64,000 bases of DNA from Chlamydiota bacterium (GCA_013287775.1 JABDDE010000001.1:7245-71244); one strand, 5' to 3'. Shown: positions 52,525-62,126, counted from the stretch's first letter. Numbers and translations are program-made. Notes: generated from the letters alone by a model not told the origin.

Positions 52525-52578
52525 CAATCACTACGATCAGCTGGGCGAGCTTGCTCGTCCAGCTGATCGTAGTGATTG
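52525..52578. terminator. 54-bp near-perfect palindrome overlapping the last 14 codons of the BatD-like gene
   Basis: caatcactacgatcagctgggcgagc tt gctcgtccagctgatcgtagtgattg (1 mismatch). Confidence 0.55.
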
Positions 52579-54261
52579 CAAGCGGTAATTAAGTTTTGCC
52601 GCCTCTTGCAAAATCTCCTTTACCCCCATATTGCTGCTCAGGCCCCCAAAGCGGCTTTTTTCTATGGAGATCAGCAGTCTTTGAATTTCACCTTGTAGGC
52701 CTTCTTTTGATAAAAGCTCTGGAGCTTCAATAAGCTCTTTTGTGATTCCTGCTTCATAGAGACCGAGTAAGAGCGCTTCTCGTACGAGCCTGAGGGCGGT
52801 ATCAGGGTCTCCCTCTTTCAGGGCGCTCAGCATTAATTCACGGCTAGAGACGTGTCTTTTTTCTTGCTGCCATGTATGCCATAATTTGCTGATGATAACT
52901 TGCAGCAGAAAAAGAAGGCCAAGGACAATGACTATGGTCGCAAATAATGAGGCAGGCACATGGCGCGCCTGAAGGGTGTTTTCGGTAAGGGGCATATTGC
53001 TCTCTATGATGCTTGGCGGTAAAGGCGTGGCTTGCTCGTGAGTTGGTGCTGTCTTCTTTGGAGGTGGTGGTGGAGGAGTATTTGAGTGGACAACTAGGGG
53101 GATAGCTGATGTTTGTCCAACAAAATAGGTGCCAAGCGAGGAATCAAAGGAAGAAAATATGATTGGAGGAATTTCCTTTACCGATGCATAACGAGGTCTA
53201 AGTGATACCGTGAAGCGCTTTTGATTATCGGTGATAACTCCTGCAGGGACAATACTGCTAAAGGCAAACCCTGCAAAGCCTTTTTGACGTGAAAGATCCG
53301 GAAATTGAACGGTATCAAAATCGCCTCTTCCAGAGACCACTACTTCTACTTCTACAGTATCACCGATAGCCACAGGGCCCGTGCCTACACGACGTGCATA
53401 ATAGGAGAAGATCCCTAAAGCACCTGTAAATGAGGCGGGCTTATCTTTTTCGGGAAAGGGGCTTACTTGTAAGGAAAAACCCGGGCTATCCGCTTTGAAG
53501 AGCGGAGGGACTTGGACAATATTGCCAAGGAGATCTTTTGCAAAGGCGAATCCCTCGATACGAGAAGGGGGTATAGTATATGATCCTGGCTGCATTGTGA
53601 ACGCTTTTTGTGCTATATTTTGTACGGTATACTCTCCACTTGTATAGGTAGTTACAACAGGGCTGCCCACATTTTGAAAGCCTGCTATATGAAGCAGTGG
53701 CAGCTCTTCTGCCGATAAGGCAATAGGGATTTTGAAAAAGATGCGGTATTCAAAGGTCACGCGCTGTCCTGGATAGATAAGCCCCTGCTCTTTTATGCCA
53801 GCTTCGAGTTTGAGAGTAGCATTGGAAACGGTAGCGACAACTTGATACGTACTTTGCGGAGAAATAATATCAATCTCACCCACCTTTGCCGTAATGCTAT
53901 CGACGGTATAGATGCCCTCCTTTCGAGGTGGTAAGAAAAAGCGATATGTCGAGACAACAAGGCTTCCCGGGCCTTCTTGAGGAAAGATAAGTTCAGGATT
54001 AGGATGCTCATCGCGAACAAAAGTTACGACAAGCGGCTTGCCACCCATGAGAAAGCTTGTAGGGTCTACCTTTTGCTCTGCCATGCGGATAATGGTGATG
54101 GTCACGGGAATCGGCTGGTTGGCAATAGCGTCCTGGAAGGCCACGGAGGCTGTCATCTTTGGAGGTAAATTCACTGAGATAGGTCGAGGATTTTGCATCT
54201 CTTGCAAAAACAAGAGACTTGGCGAGGCGAAAAATACTATAAATAATAAAAATCTTACCAT
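52537..54261 (-). CDS. BatD-like (oxygen-tolerance family) membrane protein
   Basis: Signal peptide, a large beta-rich ectodomain, a Pro-rich linker (PPPPPPKK) and one C-terminal TM. It is the last gene of a batA-batB-batD arrangement. Confidence 0.6.
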   Translation of the reverse strand: MVRFLLFIVFFASPSLLFLQEMQNPRPISVNLPPKMTASVAFQDAIANQPIPVTITIIRMAEQKVDPTSFLMGGKPLVVTFVRDEHPNPELIFPQEGPGSLVVSTYRFFLPPRKEGIYTVDSITAKVGEIDIISPQSTYQVVATVSNATLKLEAGIKEQGLIYPGQRVTFEYRIFFKIPIALSAEELPLLHIAGFQNVGSPVVTTYTSGEYTVQNIAQKAFTMQPGSYTIPPSRIEGFAFAKDLLGNIVQVPPLFKADSPGFSLQVSPFPEKDKPASFTGALGIFSYYARRVGTGPVAIGDTVEVEVVVSGRGDFDTVQFPDLSRQKGFAGFAFSSIVPAGVITDNQKRFTVSLRPRYASVKEIPPIIFSSFDSSLGTYFVGQTSAIPLVVHSNTPPPPPPKKTAPTHEQATPLPPSIIESNMPLTENTLQARHVPASLFATIVIVLGLLFLLQVIISKLWHTWQQEKRHVSSRELMLSALKEGDPDTALRLVREALLLGLYEAGITKELIEAPELLSKEGLQGEIQRLLISIEKSRFGGLSSNMGVKEILQEAAKLNYRLQSLRSAGRASSPS

Positions 54262-56216
54262 GGCTTTTTCGAGGGTTCTGGGGGATTATGTGGCTCTTGG
54301 CGCATGAGTGGTAGATCCGAGAGGTTCATCTCTTGTAAAAGCGATGATACAGCCCCAGGAGATGCGCTTGGAGGCGGTGGTGGCCCCTTACTTTCTTCCT
54401 GCTGAGCAAGTTTTGCAAGCTGTTTTTCGAGTGCATCAATAGCTGTGAGGGTATTGGATGCGCTCTCTTTCTCAAGAGCAGAAGTAAGTGCAGTTTCAGC
54501 AGATGTAAGCTCTGCAGACGTCGGCAGGCTATGTACAAAAAAGCCGGATCTCATACGCAAAGAGGGACTAATATAGCTAAGATAGGCCTTTTCATTTTTT
54601 TTTGCTCTCTCAAAATGGGAGATTTCGTTTTTTTGCTCTTCAAGATAGGCAATTGCCGTTTGAATTTTTTGAGCTGTAGTTGCCTGCATATAATCCACTT
54701 CAAATTTCTGTTTTTCTAGCTGACGTTTAGCATATTTTAGCTTTTCTATGCTATATCGTTTAAATGCCTCATCATGTTGTATGTGCTGAATACCTGCTTC
54801 TGCATAGTCTATTCGATCTGCAATGGTAGTTGAAGCTGCTTCTGTAGGGGGCAGCTTCAGGGCGTTATCAAGAGACGTGAGAGTGGTAAGTACGCTATTA
54901 TGATATACAGTATCTACAAAGGCTGCAGGGGCATTTTCTGGCAGTTCAATTTCTCTAAAGGTTTTTTCAGCATCATCGCCATCTCCCATCATGATATAGA
55001 TGGTTGCAATATTGTATAAGACGTAGGCGCGATCGAGCTCAGACAGGTTGGTAGCCAGGAGCCCCTGCAGATTCGATATGGCAAGCTCGTAGCGTGCAGC
55101 TTTTGCTAAAATAATATTATTTGCTACGGTGTCGTTAATATCTCCATAGAGGGTGCCACACACGAGGAGAAGTCCTAGGCTTGTCTTCTTTGCATAACTC
55201 TCCAGACTCTCTGGAAGGAGTAGGGCAATAATCAGAAAAAAGAGACAGGCCGCAAGGGGATAGTCTGCAAGGGATGTCGCTGCCGGTGGTGGCTGCACCG
55301 CTTTATTCATTCCCGCGCGAGCTAGTAGATCGCCTATCACTTGAAAAGAGTTCAGATGCTGCGCAAAATAGCTATTTCCACCGCTTGTGTTGGCAATTTC
55401 GGCAAGAAGCTGGGGATTTTCGTGGCTTATAACGGGCTTGCCTTCATACAAGACATTAGGCACCGTAGCCCCCTCTTGAGTGCCGATACCTATGGTAAAC
55501 CAAGGCATAGAGGCTTTATAAAATGGCGCTACGTTATCGAGAATATCTTTTTCGGTATTGACGGTGTCTTCACCATCACTAAAAAATACAAAAAGGGGCT
55601 TTTTCTGCATGGGACTATCTATGTATCGCTGCTTCATAGTTTGCATGAGCGCGGCAATATCAGTGCCTGTCTTTTTTGTGTCATTGATTGCAAGAAATGA
55701 GAGGGCAAAATGGAGGGACAAAAGATCTGTGGTCGCAGGCACTTTACATACAGTATCTCCTGCAAAAGCATACAGCGAGACGTATATGCCGCCCAACTGA
55801 TCTGTAATGTCTTTTGCAATATTTTTTGCAACTTCAAGGCGGGCTGTGTGGTCTTTAGTATCTGCTGCGCTCATGGATGCAGAAACATCAATCAGAAAGG
55901 CAATTTCATCGAAGTGTAGCGTTGACACTGTGTTGGACGCTGCTTCCTGATGCTGCGGTTTTGCAGTAGTTGGCTGCATCAAGGCAATCACCGCAAATAT
56001 AAAGCTGAGCGCTAGCGAGAGGGCATATAGCCAAAAAAATCTTTTTTGTCTTGGTATCAGACCAAAAGGTTGGTTTTCTTGAGCATACATTGCCTGGAGC
56101 GCGCGCTTTTTGGCTTTAAAAAGAAGTGAGTACATGAAGAGTATGATGGGTGCTCCATATACCCACAGCCCAATCTCTGGTACTTGATAATATATTACAG
56201 CTATCATTATGGACAT
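54255..56216 (-). CDS. vWA-domain + TPR membrane protein (BatB/BatC-like)
   Basis: N-terminal TMs with a vWA MIDAS (FLIDVSASMSA..TGTDIA..FFSDGED) and TPR-like repeats (AYVLYNIATIYIMMGDGDDAEKTF). Confidence 0.75.
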   Translation of the reverse strand: MSIMIAVIYYQVPEIGLWVYGAPIILFMYSLLFKAKKRALQAMYAQENQPFGLIPRQKRFFWLYALSLALSFIFAVIALMQPTTAKPQHQEAASNTVSTLHFDEIAFLIDVSASMSAADTKDHTARLEVAKNIAKDITDQLGGIYVSLYAFAGDTVCKVPATTDLLSLHFALSFLAINDTKKTGTDIAALMQTMKQRYIDSPMQKKPLFVFFSDGEDTVNTEKDILDNVAPFYKASMPWFTIGIGTQEGATVPNVLYEGKPVISHENPQLLAEIANTSGGNSYFAQHLNSFQVIGDLLARAGMNKAVQPPPAATSLADYPLAACLFFLIIALLLPESLESYAKKTSLGLLLVCGTLYGDINDTVANNIILAKAARYELAISNLQGLLATNLSELDRAYVLYNIATIYIMMGDGDDAEKTFREIELPENAPAAFVDTVYHNSVLTTLTSLDNALKLPPTEAASTTIADRIDYAEAGIQHIQHDEAFKRYSIEKLKYAKRQLEKQKFEVDYMQATTAQKIQTAIAYLEEQKNEISHFERAKKNEKAYLSYISPSLRMRSGFFVHSLPTSAELTSAETALTSALEKESASNTLTAIDALEKQLAKLAQQEESKGPPPPPSASPGAVSSLLQEMNLSDLPLMRQEPHNPPEPSKKPW

Positions 56217-57235
56217 GATCTTGCAAATAGGGTTTCTAAAAGGCAGCCACCAAACAGAAAAACAAGCCCTATAATAATGAAAAGAGGCTGTAGATTAGTT
56301 GTAGGTGGATTTTCTGTGGCTATTTCTGGTGCCAGTGTGCTTTTTTTAAGAGTATCTAGTTTTTCGTATATTTTTGGTAGTGGGCTGAGAGTATCGCTTA
56401 CAAAAAAAGCGCCCCCTGTGTGCGTAACTGCATCTTTAATCTCTTGCACTTCACGGATAAACTGGGACTCGAGGATAACAGGATCAACACCAATAAAAAA
56501 AATAGGCACATGATTTACAGCTGCAAAGTCTGCTGCTTGCTGCGGTCGAATACTGCGGAAACGGTCATGTAGATCATCGGGATGAGGGCTTTGTAGGCCG
56601 TCAGTAAGAATAATAATGGCTTGGCTCTCTATTGTGTATACTGGTTTATGCAGCTCACGTTGTAGTTCGGCATAGTGCTTTGCCGAGAGAATGAGATTTA
56701 CTGTTTTTAAAAGAGCATATCCGATAGCAGTTCCTTCAAGATCATCCGAGGGCACGATGGTAATAGAGACAAGTTTTGAAAGAAGCTCCTGACGATCGAT
56801 GGTAAGAGGGCAGACGATCTCTGGTATGCGAGCAAATTTGACTAATCCAATCAAGTCATTTTTTCGCTCTTCAATAATTTTTTTTGCAACTTGTTTTACC
56901 CAGGTGATTTTTGCCTCATGGCCGCCGCCTTCGACTACTACTTCTTCCTGCATAGAACCTGATTCATCAATGAGAATATAGAGTGCAACGCCTTGACGAG
57001 ACAGCTCCGGCTTTATAGAGAGAGAGGACGCATATTCAGGGTGTAGCCAGGCAAGACCAAAGAAAAACAGTGCAGCCAAAAAAAATGGGAGTATAAGGCC
57101 GTGGAGGAGAGTTTTTAGGGTGGTATATTTTTGCAAAAATGGGGCGGCAGAATAGAGTAAAGTGGGTCTGTGTTTCTTTTGGATAAGATAATAGATGCCC
57201 CATACAAGCGCTACAAGAATGCATATTTTCAGCAT
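56207..57235 (-). CDS. vWA-domain membrane protein (BatA-like)
   Basis: ILIDESGSM..GTAIG..ILTDG vWA motifs, with two N-terminal TMs and one C-terminal TM. The start was trimmed from 57358 to the ATG just after the nifU-like stop. Confidence 0.75.
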   Translation of the reverse strand: MLKICILVALVWGIYYLIQKKHRPTLLYSAAPFLQKYTTLKTLLHGLILPFFLAALFFFGLAWLHPEYASSLSIKPELSRQGVALYILIDESGSMQEEVVVEGGGHEAKITWVKQVAKKIIEERKNDLIGLVKFARIPEIVCPLTIDRQELLSKLVSITIVPSDDLEGTAIGYALLKTVNLILSAKHYAELQRELHKPVYTIESQAIIILTDGLQSPHPDDLHDRFRSIRPQQAADFAAVNHVPIFFIGVDPVILESQFIREVQEIKDAVTHTGGAFFVSDTLSPLPKIYEKLDTLKKSTLAPEIATENPPTTNLQPLFIIIGLVFLFGGCLLETLFARSCP

Positions 57236-57239
57236 GACG

Positions 57240-58007
57240 TTATAATTCAGGCACCACAACAAGATCAGGGTGCAGCTTAGCGCGCAGTACGTGTTGAATA
57301 TACGAAAGAGTTGCCCCCGTCGCTGAATGACAAGAGGTGCAGCTGCCCTGATACGCAATGCTTACTTCTCCATTTTTCGTGATATTGAGCACTTCGATCC
57401 CGCCGGCATCGAGCTCTATATAGGGCCTGATATCAGAGGCAATGACCTCTTCAAGAAGTGCAAGCTGCTGTTTTGTAGCCAGTTCTAAAAACCCAGGATA
57501 CCCTCCCTCAATTGCCTGGATTTCATGACCCATCACAGGTGGCGCGACGTAGCCATGCGCTAAGGGAATATGCCCACACTGCATGCTTGCGGCTTCAATT
57601 GCATCGACGACCATATTCAAGTGTGGATATACTGTTTGAGGAAATGCTGGGATATCATTTTTATCGCGCACATGCTTATCGATGAGGTCTGCAGTAATGC
57701 GATGGGCTTGATCGTAGTTCTTGCCAATCACAAGCTCGCAGGCAATCTCTGCTGCCGCAATGAGCGCAGTATTGCCGAAGGCTTGAAAGCGTGCATCGAT
57801 GATGACGCCATCTTCTGGATCGATAAGCCAGTAGAGGACCACTTTATTGCCATCATAGACCCCTCCTTCAACACCTTGCGCAAATTCAAGAGAGCGCTCT
57901 ATTGCATCCTCTTTAGTAAAGGTGCCGACGCAGTAAGGCGTATCTATCCGGAGCTGCACTTTTTTGCTGTACTCAGTCCAGGGAAAGGGGCGATATATTG
58001 TGTTCAT
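57240..58007 (-). CDS. NifU-like protein (degenerate IscU-like N-domain + NifU C-domain with CxxC)
   Basis: The C-terminus IRPYIELDAGGIEVL..GSCTSCHSATGATL is typical NifU. The N-domain aligns to IscU, but FQAFGNTALIAAAE replaces FGCGSAIASSS. Confidence 0.75.
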   Translation of the reverse strand: MNTIYRPFPWTEYSKKVQLRIDTPYCVGTFTKEDAIERSLEFAQGVEGGVYDGNKVVLYWLIDPEDGVIIDARFQAFGNTALIAAAEIACELVIGKNYDQAHRITADLIDKHVRDKNDIPAFPQTVYPHLNMVVDAIEAASMQCGHIPLAHGYVAPPVMGHEIQAIEGGYPGFLELATKQQLALLEEVIASDIRPYIELDAGGIEVLNITKNGEVSIAYQGSCTSCHSATGATLSYIQHVLRAKLHPDLVVVPEL

Positions 58008-59155
58008 AATAACGTTTTTGATAATTTTCGTAGGCGTACTATGGCCTCGCCTATAATTGTAGCAGCTTTTTCAATATCGTGCTCGGTTGTAAACTTTGAA
58101 AGACTGAAGGAGAGTGTACATGAGGCGATGATATGATCGATACCTGAAGCTTCTACGACGCGTTCAATATGCTGCTCGCAGCCGCCGCCCATGGTGGCAA
58201 AGACCCCTTTTTTGCTCAGGGCATAGAGGAGTGCTTCGCTTCGTATGCCATAAAAGGCAATGGCTGAAGTGGTCGGCAGCCGCTCGCTTTCTTTGAATAA
58301 CACGCTCGCTTCGGGACATTGCTGGATAATACGCTCTTCAAAGAGGTCACGCAGGCGTGCTACTTCACTACAATAGAGGGTGCTACTTTGCTCTGCTTCT
58401 ATACACGCTTGTCCCAGCGCAATTTCGAGAGGTACGTTTATAGGGCCACCGCGAAAGCGCGTCTCTTGCCCATCACCTGCTATGAGAGGGATAAGCGGTG
58501 TCCCTTTTCGTGCAAAAAGGCCGCCAGTGCCCTTAGGGGCATGCAGCTGTTCACCATTGAAGGTAAGATAATCGGCACCAAGCTCGGCAAAGTCGACAAG
58601 AAGTTTGCCAAGTGCATGGGTGACATCAATGTGCAGAAGAATCCCCCGCTCTTTACAAAGTGCAGCGATATCATATACGGGCTGTATAACACCTGTGAGG
58701 GCAGATGCTAGGGGAAGAGAGATGAGGCAGGTGCGAGGAGTAATTGCCTCGATGATGCTGTCTAGTGGCACATACCCCTCTTTTGACACTTTGGCCATTT
58801 GAAGGGCGCAGCCCTCTTCTTCTAATTTTGAAAGTGCATAAATCGTTGCCGCGTCCCCTATAGTGGATGTGATAAAATGGGTTTTGCCTGTTTGCCGCGC
58901 CACTTGTTCATACACAGAGTGAATGACTTGTGTTATTGATTCACTATATGATGATGTAAATACAAACAAATCATCCTCTTTGGCACCGGCGAGGTGGTAT
59001 ATAGCGTGTAGAGCCTTTTCGATAGGTCGCAATAGTTCTTGCCCCATCGCATGTGGGCAAGAGGGGCTAGCATAATGCTCCTCAAAGTAGGGCATCATGG
59101 CTAAGATAACCGTTTGAGAGGGTTTTGTTGCTGTGTTGTTGTCTAGGTATGTCAT
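58004..59155 (-). CDS. Cysteine desulfurase-like class-V aminotransferase-fold protein (NifS/IscS-like); the PLP lysine is apparently substituted
   Basis: MTYLDNNTATKP.., HIDVTHALGK and a Cys loop MGGGCEQH. At the SGHKxxGPKG position it reads NGEQLHAPKG. The start was trimmed to the ATG at 59155. Confidence 0.75.
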   Translation of the reverse strand: MTYLDNNTATKPSQTVILAMMPYFEEHYASPSCPHAMGQELLRPIEKALHAIYHLAGAKEDDLFVFTSSYSESITQVIHSVYEQVARQTGKTHFITSTIGDAATIYALSKLEEEGCALQMAKVSKEGYVPLDSIIEAITPRTCLISLPLASALTGVIQPVYDIAALCKERGILLHIDVTHALGKLLVDFAELGADYLTFNGEQLHAPKGTGGLFARKGTPLIPLIAGDGQETRFRGGPINVPLEIALGQACIEAEQSSTLYCSEVARLRDLFEERIIQQCPEASVLFKESERLPTTSAIAFYGIRSEALLYALSKKGVFATMGGGCEQHIERVVEASGIDHIIASCTLSFSLSKFTTEHDIEKAATIIGEAIVRLRKLSKTLL

Positions 59156-59159
59156 ATAT

Positions 59160-59195
59160 TGTACTCGTGTTCTCGCAAGCGAGAACACGAGTACA
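59160..59195. promoter_or_regulatory. 36-bp perfect palindrome 5 nt upstream of the nifS-like ATG
   Basis: tgtactcgtgttctcgc aa gcgagaacacgagtaca; it is preceded on the minus strand by tatact. Confidence 0.45.
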
Positions 59196-59301
59196 GTATA
59201 TGATATAAAACTGTCCTGAATCAATCGTTTTTTGTAGAGAATACTTTCCTTTAAAGGTATATTAGGCTACGATGGTACCACATGAATGTGGAGAGTTGGC
59301 T

Positions 59302-59889
59302 ATGACTATCATAAAAATACTTCTGTTTGTAATGAGCACCTTTTACGCTCTAAATGCTGCCGTACAAGAGGCTCCAAAGGCACGTGGGCAATTTTTTGGG
59401 GTGTTGCGCCAGAGTGATGAAGAGGCGATAGATGATGATGCCTATAGTGAGGGAGATGCGCTTATTGACGAAATTATCGATAAAACAGTAAAGAGTATTA
59501 AAAAGAAGTATGCTGTTGTTCGATTGCAAAAAGAGAGCGTGCTGTCTCAAGGTCTTATAGGTACCATCTCGATGCATTTAGAGATGTGCAAAGAGATATG
59601 CAAAGAAGATGCGCGAAAAATACTCGTTGCAACGGCAAAGGAGTTTATGCAGAACGTAAGCCACAGCAGCAAAATAAAGCAATTTTTAAAACATCCTCCC
59701 TTTGCTTTAGAAGATCTCCAAATAGTACTCTATTGTTATCAGGAGAATATGGACAACGACGACTCCATTGCGCTCGCAGATATGACCAAAGGGACTTTGA
59801 ATTATATCACCGTAGATTGCCATAATAATTTTGCATGTAAGGAATATCGGGAAACCTATGAGGAAGCGGTTCAAGCTCTTAGTTTATAA
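59302..59889 (+). CDS. Hypothetical secreted protein
   Basis: GGAGAG RBS with signal peptide MTIIKILLFVMSTFYALNA. I recognise no family. Confidence 0.5.
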   Translation: MTIIKILLFVMSTFYALNAAVQEAPKARGQFFGVLRQSDEEAIDDDAYSEGDALIDEIIDKTVKSIKKKYAVVRLQKESVLSQGLIGTISMHLEMCKEICKEDARKILVATAKEFMQNVSHSSKIKQFLKHPPFALEDLQIVLYCYQENMDNDDSIALADMTKGTLNYITVDCHNNFACKEYRETYEEAVQALSL

Positions 59890-59972
59890 ATTATTTATTT
59901 TAATGTGTGTCTGGATCATAAAAGGTGAAGGAGTAGAAAAAGTAAGCCCCTTTACGAGGTCCTTGCAACAGT

Positions 59973-61025
59973 ATGGGTTTTGTACCTTTTGTTTACGCTG
60001 CCATACGGGCGGCTGCAAAGCACTCAAAGAGGGTGTCGCTCAGGAGTATGCAAAACGAGTCGAGCAAGAACAAAATTTTCGAAGAAAGATTTGGCGAGAA
60101 GATCACGATGAAAACGGAGAGAGATATCCATATTGGGATGGAGGGCGCCCATACGAACACCAAGGATATTAGCGAAGAGAAAAAGCGAAGTCGAATAGCG
60201 GTTAAAAAGAAGCTCAAGCGGCTTCGAAAGGGGATACAAGAAAAACAGCAAAGTCTTGAAGAGGCTCAAAATTGGCAAGGCACTCAGCATCTTGCAGACC
60301 TTCTCAAAGCGCATTTCTACATGCTCCAAGAAGGTATGAGCTCAATTACGATTCCTGATTGGGAAAAAGAGGGAGCTTTAGTGGAAATTCCGCTTGAGCC
60401 TTTAGTGCCTCTTGACACACAGCTCAAAGCACTCTACACTACAGCAAAAAAACAAAAAAAAGCCATTCTGCCACTACAAAAGATTGTGCAGCATCTCCAT
60501 GATGAAGAGGGTAAGTGGGAAAAGGTACTCACCCAAATAGAGTCTACAGATACGCTTGAGGCACTCGAGTCTTTACAAAGGGAGCATCAGCTCGTACAAC
60601 AAAAACCAAACGCTTCAAAGGTGAGTCAAAAGCAGCCACTTGCCTACCATGTGTTTTATTCAGCCTCACATCACACTATCTATGTGGGAAAGAGTGCTGA
60701 GGGCAACGATTTTGTTACATTTAAGATGGGACATGGCGATGATCTGTGGCTGCATATCCATGGCACAGCAGGCTCTCATGTACTCATAAAAAAGCAAAAG
60801 AACATGCAAATCGATCCAGAAACTATTGCAGATGCGGCTCACTTAGCTATATATTTCAGTAAAGAGCGCTCGCAGTTGCAAAAAAAGCATGAGGTGATTC
60901 TGTGTGAAAGACGCGAGGTCTCGCGAATGAAAAAAATGCCTCCAGGGAAGGTGACAGTGCGTACTTCTAAGACGCTCTGCATTGTACTCGATCCGCAGCG
61001 TATTGAGGCTATTAAAGATCGTTAA
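59973..61025 (+). CDS. NFACT-R/DUF814 domain protein (RqcH/FbpA C-terminal-like)
   Basis: IYVGKSAEGNDFVTFKMGHGDDLWLHIHGTAGSHVLIK is the DUF814 core. The N-terminal part is coiled coil. The start is uncertain (59973, 60048 or 60108). Confidence 0.7.
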   Translation: MGFVPFVYAAIRAAAKHSKRVSLRSMQNESSKNKIFEERFGEKITMKTERDIHIGMEGAHTNTKDISEEKKRSRIAVKKKLKRLRKGIQEKQQSLEEAQNWQGTQHLADLLKAHFYMLQEGMSSITIPDWEKEGALVEIPLEPLVPLDTQLKALYTTAKKQKKAILPLQKIVQHLHDEEGKWEKVLTQIESTDTLEALESLQREHQLVQQKPNASKVSQKQPLAYHVFYSASHHTIYVGKSAEGNDFVTFKMGHGDDLWLHIHGTAGSHVLIKKQKNMQIDPETIADAAHLAIYFSKERSQLQKKHEVILCERREVSRMKKMPPGKVTVRTSKTLCIVLDPQRIEAIKDR

Positions 61026-61142
61026 TAAAGCTTTTGCCTACTTGCCTTGCCCCACGCAGAATAATAGGGCAGCGCAGAGGGTCCTCTTTCCATTTTTTTA
61101 GCTCTGTTTCTATAGCTCGTTTCATGCCTTCAGTATACAAGA

Positions 61143-61201
61143 TTGGCTAATTTATGGGGGTGATTTTCGCCAATTCTTGGCTAATTTATGGGGGTGATTT
61201 T
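61143..61201. repeat. Direct repeat x2 (25 bp)
   Basis: ttggctaatttatgggggtgatttt occurs at 61143 and 61177. Confidence 0.85.
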
Positions 61202-61214
61202 AGCCAAAAACCAC

Positions 61215-61253
61215 GCCATATGCGACTTTTCCTTACGGAAAAGCGCACATGGC
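61215..61253. repeat. PE-1 hairpin element
   Basis: gccatatgcgacttttcc ttac ggaaaagcgcacatggc followed by ggaaata. Confidence 0.9.
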
Positions 61254-61270
61254 GGAAATATTTTCAGGAA

Positions 61271-61370
61271 AGATTAATTGTTCCTCAGGCCTCAGATGAT
61301 GCTTACGTGAGTATTGACACCAGGGCTATTTGGACGCGGACACGGAAATTCGGTAGTTCTACTAATTCCC
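61271..61370. repeat. Degenerate single BIME-like module
   Basis: attaattgttcctcaggcctcagatgatgcttacgtgagtattgacaccaggg...acggaaattcgg aligns with module 12681-12790. Confidence 0.55.
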
Positions 61371-61390
61371 TAGATTCGGAAAAATATTTT

Positions 61391-61431
61391 TGTCATGTGC
61401 AATTTTTCGATAGAAAAATTCGCACATGACA
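61391..61431. repeat. PE-1 hairpin element 6 nt from the response-regulator stop
   Basis: tgtcatgtgcaatttttc gata gaaaaattcgcacatgaca. Confidence 0.9.
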
Positions 61432-61436
61432 CAGCA

Positions 61437-62126
61437 CTAGTCATCACGCTTGAATCGGTAGCCTACTCCTCGAACGGTTTCAATAAAGTCAAAATGTGGT
61501 CCAAGCTTTTTTCTGAGGGCTGCTATATGCACATCAATATTTCTATCCACGACAAAGGTATTATCGCCCTGAAGATCATCCAGGAGTTGGTTTCTGGTAA
61601 ACACTTTCCCAGGACAGATGGCGAGGCGGCGCAAAATGCCAAATTCTGAAAGAGTTAGGTTAATGGTCTTGTTTTTCTTCTTTACAATGTAGGTTTCTAA
61701 TTCTATGGAATATTCGCCAAACTCAATACGCTTTTCATCTGGTTCATCCTCATTATTACGTCTCAGGACTGCTTTTATACGAGACATGAGGACGCGTGGG
61801 GAAAAGGGTTTTGTCACGTAATCATCAGCACCAAGCTCAAGGCCTAACACCACGTCTGTCTCTTCGCTTTTTGCTGAAATCATAATAATAGGAATATGCT
61901 TTAATGCATCATTCGCTTTGACTTTGCGGCAGACATCGAGCCCATTTTGTCCGGGTATCATAAGATCTAAGATGAGAAGATCTGGCGGCTGTTTTTGAAG
62001 AGTTTCATAGCCATTTAATCCATCATACGCTACGGAAAATGCATAGCCAGCCATCTCTGCTTGTAATTTAATTAGGGCAGCAATGTCTTCTTCATCTTCT
62101 ATAAGCAATATTTTTTGTTTTTGCAT
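61437..62126 (-). CDS. OmpR/PhoB-family response regulator
   Basis: The receiver domain has the acidic pocket LLIEDEED, the phospho-Asp context DLLILDLMIPG, and SAKS and KPF. The wHTH region has TLSEFGILRRL..VRGVGYRF. Confidence 0.9.
   Translation of the reverse strand: MQKQKILLIEDEEDIAALIKLQAEMAGYAFSVAYDGLNGYETLQKQPPDLLILDLMIPGQNGLDVCRKVKANDALKHIPIIMISAKSEETDVVLGLELGADDYVTKPFSPRVLMSRIKAVLRRNNEDEPDEKRIEFGEYSIELETYIVKKKNKTINLTLSEFGILRRLAICPGKVFTRNQLLDDLQGDNTFVVDRNIDVHIAALRKKLGPHFDFIETVRGVGYRFKRDD

Noticed and set aside
59831-60172. 113-aa ORF overlapping the start of the DUF814 gene in another frame
   Set aside because: It has no family signal and begins inside the stop region of the upstream gene. 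It more likely reflects uncertainty about the true DUF814 start (59973/60048/60108) than a separate gene. A frameshift cannot be excluded.
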